From contig OZ176056.1 in the NCBI GenBank assembly GCA_964247055.1, positions 5,580,001 through 5,644,000 on the forward strand: a stretch of 64,000 nt of DNA. Direction: 5' to 3'. A model generated the notes under the pieces. The model saw only the letters and a program-made list of their open reading frames with translations. It was not told the DNA's origin and searched no databases. The stretch is from Paragordius varius (lineage: Eukaryota > Animalia > Nematomorpha). Positions 40,901-53,500 of this stretch are shown here, in pieces. The stretch's first letter is position 1. Every line of letters begins with the position of its first letter. The position numbers and the translations under genes are program-made.

Positions 40901-42127
40901 GGATTATATTGATTGTACCTCAGATAGTATACGTGAATTCGTTCCAATTAAGAAAAGTATTTTTCGCCGGTTGGCGAGAAAGAAAAGTATTAGAGCGGAA
41001 CGTATTATTACATACAATATCGAGGATAGAGGTAAGGTTTTACAAAAACATACTGATTAATTAAGAGGGTGAAAAGAAAGTCCAAATGAACTTAAGACCA
41101 GAAAGAATTGGAATCGGAACAACAGAATAATATAATGATAATATCATAGCTAACCCCTATCATAGTCCTCTTATTGATAACAATATCAATAATTGAGATG
41201 CCAATCCCTCCCCGGGCATTTGTCAAAAATTCCACAATAATCAACAAACTCCTTACGGCGATAAGATTGCAGAACTTTCAAGCCTGGAAGTACCAAAGAC
41301 GCTATCCCACCAGAAGCCAAAAAGCCCGCGACAGATACACGAATCACTTTTAAATTTAGATAGGTGATAAGTTATGTATCATAACTTAATAGTTTTTGTT
41401 AACTTAACTCAATTTATTAGTTAACTTATTTGACCTTATATATGCTTTAGTTAATTTAAAATAAAATATAAAGTTATCCTTCTCTCTTACCTTAATGCAT
41501 ACATTTTTGTCCTTGTTACGTTAAATATGTATATTACCTTGGTAGTATATGCTTTCACCTAATTACTGTAATATTTAACCTTATGCAAAAATGCAACCTT
41601 GCTTTAAAACTAAATAATGGATTATATTTACACTATATATTTTTTATACTAAAAATGAATTTTGCTATTCAGATTATCAAAGCGAAAAAATATTAATACA
41701 TTCGAATATGTTTTTATAAATATGTAAAAATAAATTAGCCTCGTTCAAGTTCCATAAATTTAAAACGATTAAATATGGCATTTTTTACATTAAAATAAAA
41801 AAATATAATTATAACTATTAAGAAGTACTTTCCACATAGCATTTCGGCCACGTTCGCCTGTAAACTGTTCAAAAACAGACGGTTTGAAAGTAATCATTAA
41901 AACGATGTGGTTGTTTAAATAAGTTAATAATGCTTATTCATGTGAGTATTTTATTAAATGGATTAAAAATTTTAGTTGCTGTTGTTGTTTAACAATGAGT
42001 TTTTATGGTACATCGTAAACTATCCAGCTTTTTATACCAACAACTAAAAGTTTAAAAAAATTTTAGTGGTGAATTGCCTGTTTAATAACCAAGGAAAGGT
42101 TTTAAGCTTTATTTTAATAAAATATTT

Positions 42128-42173
<46 letters not shown>

Positions 42174-45100
42174 TTACGAATACATAGATAAAATTTGTTG
42201 AGAAACGTGGTAAATAACTGCGTTTCAAACAAAGCCGAATAAAATGGTTGATCTTCAACGGATTGTTCCAACAAAAAAGCTTCCTTATCAAAGAGCATGT
42301 CTGAAGCAGGTACAGTAATTGGCCTAATAACAATACTAGAATTCTCTTGTTTTTCCAATCCAAGTATGTTATCATTATTTTCCTTATCTAATTTAAGATA
42401 TAAAAAAATATTTAACAATTATTATTTTTAAACATAAATTCATAAAATAATAAGATTTCTTGATAACTATGGGAATTCTATGATACTATCGATTAAAATA
42501 ATTTGTAAACCTTAAAATGGGTATATTGAAACGCTAATGTATTAAATTCAATATGCACATAATCATTGACTTTTTTAATCAATAATACAATCTAAAAAAT
42601 AAGAAATCGAAATATTTGTAATAAACTGCTTTTAACCAAAAATATACAGTTAAAAAGTAGAAATAAATTATCATAATTAAATATACTTACATGCATTTAA
42701 TTGAGAAAATGAAAAATCTATGTTAGATGATAATTCATTCGATAAAAGGCCTTCAGAGTAAGATTGAAGCTGCACGGGTTTCACTACACTTGATTTAACT
42801 GGATGGCCCAATAAAAAATTTGGTAAATTGCGAAAACATTGAGCAAAATGGTATGCAAATTTGGATCTTATCATAAAATTTACTGCGGTTTGAATAGCCA
42901 ACATACATGGTAAATCTATAAAATAAATAGTGTATAAATAATTTTTTAACATAACCAAAAACCAGAATATAATTTGCATTTTCAATATACTACTCATGTT
43001 CACCTTAAACATATCGAATTCGCCTTTAAACATTTCAAATCTTAAACAAATCATATGTACCCAAAAATAATTAGTGCGTTTCTAAAAATGAAATATGATC
43101 TATATTATTTAATATATTAAAAAAATATAATTTTGTTTAAGATCACCATAATAGAAAAAATAACAATATGGCATAAAACATATTTCATATAAATAAAAAA
43201 TTAAATTAGCCTGAAAATTCAAAATTTTGTTCGAGGGTTTTTAAATTATTATAAACTCACATTTATTGAGGGTTAAATTGGGGCGTAAATGGTATTTATA
43301 ACATCGCTTTATATTAAAATATTTTTTCCAATTATAATTAATCTGATTAAAGTTTTGAATTAAAGTAAACCTCAAGTTCTATAAATTTACTTTTATTGTC
43401 AGGAGCGGGTTTGGGCAAATTCGTTAAAATTTGCAACACATTTTTGGCTAATGCATTGTGATTAGGCAAATGTAATTCAAACCTACAAGAATTGTCAAGG
43501 GTTGACCAATTTGTCGTTTGATTTGAAGAATATTTTTGATAGCTACCGGCATTCTTTTGTAAAGAAAAATTGGGTTGTTTCCAACTCTCATTCGTGCTAG
43601 AGTTATTGTCAATCCTTATATCATTTCCTGTAGGTTCCATAACAAAACTGTTTGGGAAAAATATTTGACCCGTATCGAGATTGGCATAGAAAAATGGATG
43701 GTACTATATTTTTAAAAAAAAATAAGATTAGTTATTTTTAAATGTAATATTTTTTGTCCTTTAGGCTATGCCTATGTTTATGGTTAGGTTCGAACGGAAA
43801 AATTTATTTTATTTATTATTCTTAAATTTTAATTATGATTTAAGGTGTGCCAAATTTTATATAATTCTTAAATCTTTAAACATTTGAAGTGTAAAAACTA
43901 TGGTTGATAAAGACAATTATTTTAAATTAAATAAATAATCAATGTTGCGAGCGCAATAACTAGAAAATATTAACTTAATTTCAAAAGTGTAATTTATACA
44001 TTATATAATATCGTTTTTTTATTTGTGATTTATCAAAAATAATAAATTTTGTAACCCAGGAATGCTTTAAAATTTGGCCAGATTTGCAAATTGCATTTGA
44101 GTTTATAATTAAATGAGTTAAAAATATTTTATTAATCTTATCAATTGCGTTTACATGTATAAAACGATAATTACACTGTTAAAACGTTATGACAGCTTCA
44201 AACTAAATTTTAAACCAATTGATATTTAATATATTAAACCATAAAAATATTTTAGATATTTATTTACTTCTATTTAATTTCAAAAAAAATGTACGAATCT
44301 CCATTTTAAACTTATTTAACAGTTTTAACCAGGATTGCCTCAAAGCTATAGCTAAACGGCATTTTCGAACTAAAAAAATACGACGAGCCGCATTAAAATC
44401 TAAAAACAACATCTAAACTTTATATAATCTGTACAATTAATAGTGAATGCCAAAACACAACCTATAATGTTTGTAAAATTGAAGCAATAATATTTCAAAC
44501 AAGTCATTCATAACACTTCAAAAAAGTTTTTGAGGAATAAATTAATTATATTTATATTTATATTTTGTATTTTACCAATATTTCATAAATAAAAAATAAA
44601 TTATACAATTTTAATTTTAGTGAGCACAGAATATAGCCAATGGCCGTATCTTGAGTACCCTTGATTTAAAACTGTCACTCACTAATTAACTAGTTTGTGT
44701 ATACCAAACTTAAATTTACTAATTGTATTGTACCATTCCTTCCAAATAACTAAGGACACTGCTGTCCGCAGCAAGAATAAAATCTTTTTTCGATACATCC
44801 TCATTACAATTATAGCTTGAGGCTATGGTAGTTGATTGAAGTAATAAGCCCATACAAAATGGAACGGGCGCTTGAATAAAATTAATCAAAGAGAGTGGTA
44901 ACAGTGGGACATACACATGATTATATTCAAATGGATATATTAGGCATCGAAGCGTTTCACAAAATGCCACAAGCTTTTCTCCATCTAATGATATACCAAA
45001 ATAGATATACAGTAAAAATTAAAGTTATCCGTAGAAAAAACGTACGTAAAAATATAAAAAAAAATTTTTAAAACACAGTCAACCACACTTTTTAGACTAT

Positions 45101-45661
45101 ATTATATATTGTTATGCAATATATAAAATAGAGAAGAATTTTTGTTTTTATAAAATAATTCATATAGGAAAAATTAACGTTCGAATATGGCTATCTTTTG
45201 AAAATAATTACTTATCATTATATTTTTACATTCGTCTGTATAATTACAATTTTTACTGTAAATATATAGTTAGAAACTTTTAAATGCGGATAAAGTCAAC
45301 TCCATAAATGTAAAATATATGTTATAATTAAATAAAAGTTACCCGTTAAAAATGATATTGCGCAAAAAGCCTACAGACTATTGCTGTACTAAAAGTACAC
45401 CTTATGTTTTAAACTTATTTTACTAATTTAAATTGCCAAATAACCAGCACAAGTTTATGTTTATTGGCGCTTTCTTTCTAAAAAAAGGCCTCTAAAAGTT
45501 AGTCTACATAAAGTCGAGTTATATAATGCATTAAATTCAAACCTTTTGAAACAATCAACAATTGTTTCTCTAACAGAAGGTATACCATAATGTACAGAAA
45601 AAGATCAATGTTATCAAAGATGCCCAATACCCAAGCTATATCGTATTGAAAGATTGGTAAA

Positions 45662-45716
<55 letters not shown>

Positions 45717-47478
45717 TAATAAAATATAAAAATATGGGATATGAAACAAATAATAATTAGGAATTTCTGAAAGAGTTTAAAATTCAGAGGACAAGGTGAG
45801 GCAGTGTGTCAATTAAAGAAGTCGTATAAATTACATCAAAGTTTTTTGATTTTTAGATATAATTAACTTAATACACTGATTTTTTAAGTCTATTTAAGCA
45901 TATAAAACCCTTGTATGCATAGCCTTTTATAGATTTATGGATTACTGGGACATCTTAATTGTTGAAATTTTTAAATGTAGTTATAATTGTTAAGTCATGT
46001 TGATAATATATAATATGCATTCTTTTACTATGAAAATTAAAAAAAACAAAATATGATAGTAAATTTTTGCATATAATTGCAATCAAATTATTGATTCGAT
46101 AAATAAAAAAGCGTTAATAAAAATAATATCTATTACCTTTGTGAAGGACGTTGTGGATTTTAGCTTTAAGTATACTGCAATCATTATTTTCCGGTGCCTT
46201 AGCCCAAAAATCATTTATATTGATAGTTAGGAAACGGTAATATAAAGAATATTCTGTTTTGTCAGTGTTGCTATACAAATTTTTAAAAGATATTTCCTCC
46301 GGAAAATGCGTAATTTGTCGAATAAATTGAGATATAATGTGTGCTTTCCAGCCCATACATAAAGTATTGGGTGATATTCTATATTAAATAATTTAATAAA
46401 ATATATATTCTGTAAAATTTTACTTAACAAAGCTCAATAAGCCTTACAATATATTTTGATCAATTAAACTAAATAAAAACTTTTCAAAATCACGGGTGAT
46501 TGTTTCGTTCGGATTGATTTCATCCTATTATAAAAAAACAAACTTATTATATATATATATCATAATGTGCTAAATTTAAGGTAAAAAATGTTAATCGTAT
46601 TTATGGATCAAGAAACTTACCAGCTTCCGAACGGAACTAAATACTCAACCTAAAGGTTTGTGTTTCAATAATCTTTGAAATTAATAAAAAGCGCGTAAAA
46701 TTCCAATAATTAAATTTTTTGTAATAAAATCAAAAGTATTTATATTTAGTAAAATTGAAAAAATTTATCAGTTTTGTTTAGAAAACGCTTAATTTTCACA
46801 CATTAGTGTCCTAATTTTTATGGTAAAAACATATGATATACACATTTGGCATGTAAGATATACAGGAATAAAAATGGGCTTTTTTTATAAAGTTTATAAT
46901 AAAATTATAAAATATTTATACTTTAAATAAAATTTAAAATGTGTCTTGGGTAATCAGATAATGTTAAAGTAAAAGTGGTTAATTACGTCGCGAAAGTGTA
47001 AGCCCTAGGTTTAGGTTTACAATTAACTAAAATGTGACTTTTTAAAATGCCAATGTTTGCAGGGCACATCATCATCATAAAGGGTAGGATTTTACGTAAC
47101 ACATGCCCTTTTGTACAACTAATGATTTTACAGATCATTAGAAAACTGGCCTTTTACATTAACGCATTTTCATGCCCCGGTCAACACCGCGTGGAGATGG
47201 CAATGTAAAACATAAATTGCTATTTAATCAAATGTACCTACCTACCTACCTTGATAAAATTTAACACAATTTGTTTAAATTGAACCATATATATGGTGTT
47301 TGAAAACATTGTATCCAATGTAACCAAAAGTTGAAACATAGTATCAAGCAATTGACGATAAATTTGGGTGTAAGATGAATCCGTTATAATACACATGGTT
47401 TCAGTAGCATATATATCGTGGATTTTTTCATCGTAAATAATAACATCTATGGCACAAGTTGATTGGAATTTAAATTAT

Positions 47479-47525
<47 letters not shown>

Positions 47526-50500
47526 ATTCTCACCTCATACTCACCCATGAACAATTTCAAATCACCTTAAATGAATTACGTAAATATCAAAAATTACTTA
47601 AATTTTTAAATAAAATAGAATAAATAATAAACTATGGCATAAAGAAATATTTCATATTAATGATGAGATAGTTATATTAGCTCAAAAACGCATGCTAGGG
47701 CAAAAGAACTGCTTAAAGATGATTTTGAATTGTTTAAGGGTGATTAGAGGTGTAAATAGTATTTGGTTTTCTCTTAAATAATAATATACCATTATTCATA
47801 TCATAGAGCTTATCCGTTATATGTAAACTATCCATAGCATAATTCTAAAAAAATGAAAAAAAAAGCAAATATTAAATTGTACACGATAGTTTTTACAATA
47901 TTTTGAGTCAAAAACTTACAAATTGTGAGGTTAATGAATCTAATAAATCTGGTGGTTTAACCGTAAAGGGTGTCTTATTTTCCCTAATGTGCGGTAATGA
48001 AAATGACCAAGACACCGATTTTGGGTTTGATACTGATATAGATTGTGTCAAGACATTAGATGTGGTCTAGATTATATTTGGAAATATTAAAATATGGTGG
48101 TTATATATATATATATATATATATAATTCTGTATGATTTTTATTTGTACAATTAATTATAATATAGAATGTGTACGCACTGTTTAGTTTGATATTAGCTT
48201 TAATTTAAAAAAGTATAATTTAAAACATTTTGGCATATACCTTAAAATTTAGGGTCAAAATTTAGTTATTCTATTTTAGTGTTTTTATTAAGTGAGACCT
48301 CAGATTTATTAATTTCAAATAATTTTCGCCGACAAAAGAATAAATAAGTTACATGTTTTTAGGGATTTGTAAAATTTCGATCTTATTTATTTTATGTATC
48401 AACACATTCTAGTGTTATACAAAATTTTTATAAGTTTTGGCATTTATACAGTAATTAAAAATCGTTTAAAATGCAAAAATAGCATTCTCAAAAATATGAT
48501 AAAACAATTTTAATCTAAAAAGTTGAAATAAAACTGAATTACCGTATTATTTTGGCTCATGGACATATTTTGATCCTTTCTACCCTTAATAATAATGGAT
48601 TCAGTTAAAATATTTGGTTCATTGGATACACTAAAATTTTGTTGAGGAGTGGTTACACATTCATTATTTTCTGTGGTCGAATTATCATCAATAAAAGTAC
48701 ATCTAGGAAAAATAGCATAAGATATATAATATACTTTTTAGAGTCTCTTTTTCCTTTTTTATTAAAGGGTAAGGACTTAAATTGTATCCGGATTTGTCAA
48801 GGCTTTAGCACTCGCCTGCCCAGGGCTGACAGTGATGATGGAAAAACTGCACATTTTAGGGGTTCGAACTCTGGCACGCAGTGTAAGAGTCCGGCGCCCT
48901 ACCTACTATACCATCACAAGAATATATTTCATTTACAATTGAAATTCATCCTCGCAAACAATTTTTCCCTCCGAACAATTCAAATTCCCTCTGTAACAAT
49001 TCAAAATAAATTAGATGTTTTCGAGAACTGAAATATATCTTTATGACTTATTATTTTTTCAGTATTATTTTAATTGTGAACAAAAATTCATTTTTTAAAA
49101 ATAAAGGTAATTTTTAATTTTAAAAACCATATATTTTATTAAAATTGAAAAAAGGTTTAAAATATTTTGAAACAAAAACAATATGTACCGATAAAAATCC
49201 AGGGGAACTGGATTACCATATTCCTTGCTAGCTAAAAAAATATTTGGATAAAATGGAAATACAAAAATAAAAAATATATATAATAATTTATGAAAATGAT
49301 ATTTTTATAGTCTGTTTTTGCTATAAATCAAAATATTTTCGTTTTCTAATTGATTTATTTTTATGGAGTTTTTTTTCCAAAGCGGATTTATATATTATAT
49401 TAAAAATATATACCCCTACATATTAACATAAATATATCTAGGATTTAGCATTAATTTAAATTTATCTAATTTTTGCGGATATTTATGTTTACTAGACAAT
49501 AGTTAATATTTTAAATAAAATTGGATGGAAAATGTTAGGATTATTTGGAGTTTTGTCACGAATGAATTCCCGCCACAACTTACGATCTTATATTGTTCTG
49601 TGGTAAGGCTAAGTATATTTTTATATTATCATTATAAGAAAAGAGTGGTCGTCCCTTTCTTCTTTTGCCATCAACATTAATGTTTTCAACAGTTTTTAAA
49701 GGATGGCTGGCGTATCTTCTCTGAGTATGACCCTAGAGAAGCAATCTATTAGTTTGGATGATATAATCGATTCTATCGGTTTTTTAATAAAAGTTGGTAA
49801 TTCTGGTGTACGAAAGCATTTGAGCATTCAGCTTTCACTAGTTGGGAGTTTTGTTTAATTAGTTCTTTTGTTTTATGCCCAAGTTTCAGAACCATAGGTA
49901 AGAGCTGGTCTTATTCCCACTTTGTAAATATATCATTTATTATGATTGTTACCATTTTTGTTTTGGAAAACATATTTTTAACTGATTATATTTTATCCAA
50001 ACTTGTTGTATTCTTCTTTTGATAGCCTTTTGTAGGTTTCCCTGAGATGATATAACATCATCTAAGTAAACAAAAGAGTCTATCAATTCGATATTATGAC
50101 CATCAATGTTAAGTAACTTTAGTGGATTAAAAATATTATTACTATCAAACAATTTAAACATTAAAAATTTATTGCATTTGTTAACTTGCCTTTTATGTTG
50201 GAGCACTTTTTGTGCACCCACATTTGACATGATATGCATTTAATGGAATCCGAACGTAGTTCGTTCCTGTAGATAGAGCAGTGGCTGGGTGTTTCGATCC
50301 GTTATCATTATTTTTGTTTTTGTCGGGTTTATAATTAATCCATATTGCTTTAGGCATTTTTTCTAGTTATTTGCCAATTGATCCCATGATCGTGTCGTTA
50401 TCACGAGGTCGTTGGCATAACATTTCCCAAGAGCACTCGGTTCTTATATCTTCTGTTGCCGCATCCATTATAGTAATGAAGAGGAGTGGGCTTAGAATTG

Positions 50501-53500
50501 AACCTTGATGCAGTCTAGCGTTGGTTGGGAAGTTGCTTGTATTGCCGACATTGGTTCTAATGTTGTATTTTTTTAAGGTAGTAATATGATTCGTATAGTA
50601 AGTTGCTCTATTCCGTTCTTAGGCAATGCCCATTGAATTGTGGGAGCGTGGTATTTGATCAAACGCACGTTCAAGATCTACAAAGACATGATATAGCTTT
50701 TGTTTCTTTTCCAAATATTTTTCTTGTAAGCGTCTTGCAAACTGATTTGAATCTATGTTTATATGTTTTCTCAGCCTGTTTTCTAATATAATTTCGAATA
50801 ACTTAAATGTATCTTCCAGAAGTTTCAAAAGTCTGTAGGACGATGTTTTTAGTCGATCGTCTTTATTTTTATAAATGGGGATTATTATGCTGTTCTTCCA
50901 ATCGCTGGGAGTTTGGTTTGTTATTATTATTTGGTAAAAGAGTTTAGTCAGATACTCTGCAGTATCTTTGATGGGTCGGATGAGGTCGATTGAAAGGCTG
51001 CTTGGGGGAGCTTTGTTGCTTTCTAATTTATTGATTGCAGTTGTGACTTCATATATGGTGATTTCTTGTATGGGACCAGCTACTAATGTAACTGTGCTAA
51101 AATATTTGGTAGGATTTTTTTGGTTGACTTGTTTTTCTAAGTTTGTTTTCCAAATTTCTTTGACTTTCGAATCATCTTTGACACATTTTATGGTTTTAAC
51201 ATCTTTATTACTATTGTTAAGGTTTTTGAGTCTTTTTAAGATCGTTTGGTTTTTAAAATCTTTTTCTAAACTTTCTGCGATTTTAACAGATTTTTAATTA
51301 ATGGCGCGTCGAATGGCCTTTTGAACATCTCGTTTTTTATCATTATAAACTTTTTATCATCATTATTTTTGGCTTTTCTATTTTTTATAGGCTTCGCATT
51401 TTTCGCACAACAATGGTTTTATATCATTTTTCCACCACCAATTTTTTCGATGTCTCATAGGTTTAGTAAAGCCGCAATGTTTTTTGGCAGATGTAAGAGT
51501 TGTGGATTTAAAGTTTTTCCATAAAATTTCGACATTGTTTTGTTCCGGTAAATTTAAATCTGTGTTTTGAGTATAATAGGATAATCATTTTGGATGCTTT
51601 AATAGCTATATTTATTTTTTGTGGTTGAAATACGGTCTTACGAATTTTCTCAATAATTATAGATGCTGTAGTTAGCTTGTGTTGGTAAGAGGATTGATGG
51701 TAAGTTTTGATGTTTGTTAGATGTTTCCTAATGTTTTTCGAAATATCAAAGATGAGTGGTCACCAGAATTATATGTTATATGCTGATTGGTTTTTTTCTT
51801 AAAATGGGTATTTACAACTTTAAGTTGATTTGCATTACAAAATTCTAGTAAACTCTCACCCATCTTATCGAGAGTTTATATACCATTTCCGCCATGAACG
51901 CCATAGTAATCATTGCTATCATTACTTATATGGCAATTAAAATCACCACCAACAAAAGTTTGTTCGCTAAAAGAAGTTTTGTTCATCAAATCATAGAGGT
52001 CTTCCCAATATTCGTTTTGTTTCGCTTAGACCAGATTGAGGTGTGTAAGTTGAAACAATATTTATTACATTATTATTCATCAAAATTTTTGTTTGAATCA
52101 TTCTTGGATTTAGTCTTAATACATCAATTATGTTATCACGCTAGTTGTTTTCATGAAAATCGCAACACCACCTAGACCCTTGTCGTTTCCTTTATAGAAT
52201 AATGTATATCTAATTTTTTAATCCATCTCCTTTCAATGTGGCCTCTTGGATGCAACATATATCTATATTGTTTTGGCTAAGAAAGTTTTTTATCATTAAC
52301 ATTTTGTTTACTAGGGCACCCACATTCCATGCGAACTTCAGAACTGTTTTATTATTATTACTGAGGGTATTATTTATTTTATCAATAGTTATTTTGGTAA
52401 TTATTATTATTCAAAGTATATATCATTTAACCTTTGTTACAGTTTTGTAACTTCTAAAATAAGACAGCACCAAAACACGATTGAACCGAACAGCTGTCAT
52501 TAAAATCAAAAATCTAGTTTTTGTTGGAAAATGTAAGTCTGAAAGCTTTTTAAAGTTAATTATTTACATTTTCCAACTATATTATACATTTATTCTGCAG
52601 TTTTAAAGGATTTAAAAAAAGATATGGTATAATGCGCCTAAAAGGCCAAAGAAAGCACATTTTTAAATTAAGCTTCCATCTATCCTTTCGTTTTAGGTCC
52701 CAGGGTATCTGGGGTTTGTATGAACTAACTTTGTGAACAATGTTCTATCACAGACTTGTTCGTGTTCAATATTGAATTGTGATAGATCTTGGGTCTGTTT
52801 GGACCGTGTGAGTTTAGGGCGGTCTTTTCCGTTGGGGCCGGGTATGTTTAAATGTTGTATTTTTTGTACCCAGTTATCGGAATTCATACGTTGAATATGC
52901 CTATAATATCGCAATCATTTGATAGTTTTATGCACATCTCCTGTGATTTGAATCATGGTTGTTGTTTGTATTGATATTAAGACCGTGTTTATATAATTGT
53001 TTTGACCATATTAGATAATTTTGGGGTATTGAAATATCTTCTGCAGTAATTATAAGGTCGTCTGCGTAGACCTTTTCTAATATCTTATGTTTTGTAGTCA
53101 AATATAGATATGAAAAGAAGTGGGCTTAGGACAACCTGAGTATTCATACTAAAACACTCTGAATTCTTAACATGCAAGAACACAACTGATTGAGTTATGT
53201 AGATTAACATAATTAACCTAATGGATATTTTATCTACGTTGTTGTAGCGCAGTGATTCTATTATTAGTGCTCTAGCTACTGAGTCGTAAGCCTTTTCTAA
53301 ATAGACAAAGTGGAATAGTTTAAAACCTTTTTGCTAGGTATTTATCTTTTAATTGTCTGAGTGAGAAAATTATATCGATTGTGCTTTTACCCGTTGAAAA
53401 GGCCAATCGCATTGGATTAATTGATATGAGTTGGACGATACGATATAAGGCATATTTCAAAGATTTTTAACCCATGTTCAAGAAGTTATAAGGGCCTGTA

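Noticed and set aside
46175-46378. Whole ORF 46114-46356 as a DENND5 exon
   Set aside because: Its upstream acceptor creates a stop with the preceding exon and adds about 65 unaligned residues. Only 46174-46137 is retained, though this needs cDNA confirmation.
47545-47580. 22-nt candidate DENND5 micro-exon ending in GTGAGT
   Set aside because: It lies inside a 21-bp-repeat element remnant and is not needed for phase.
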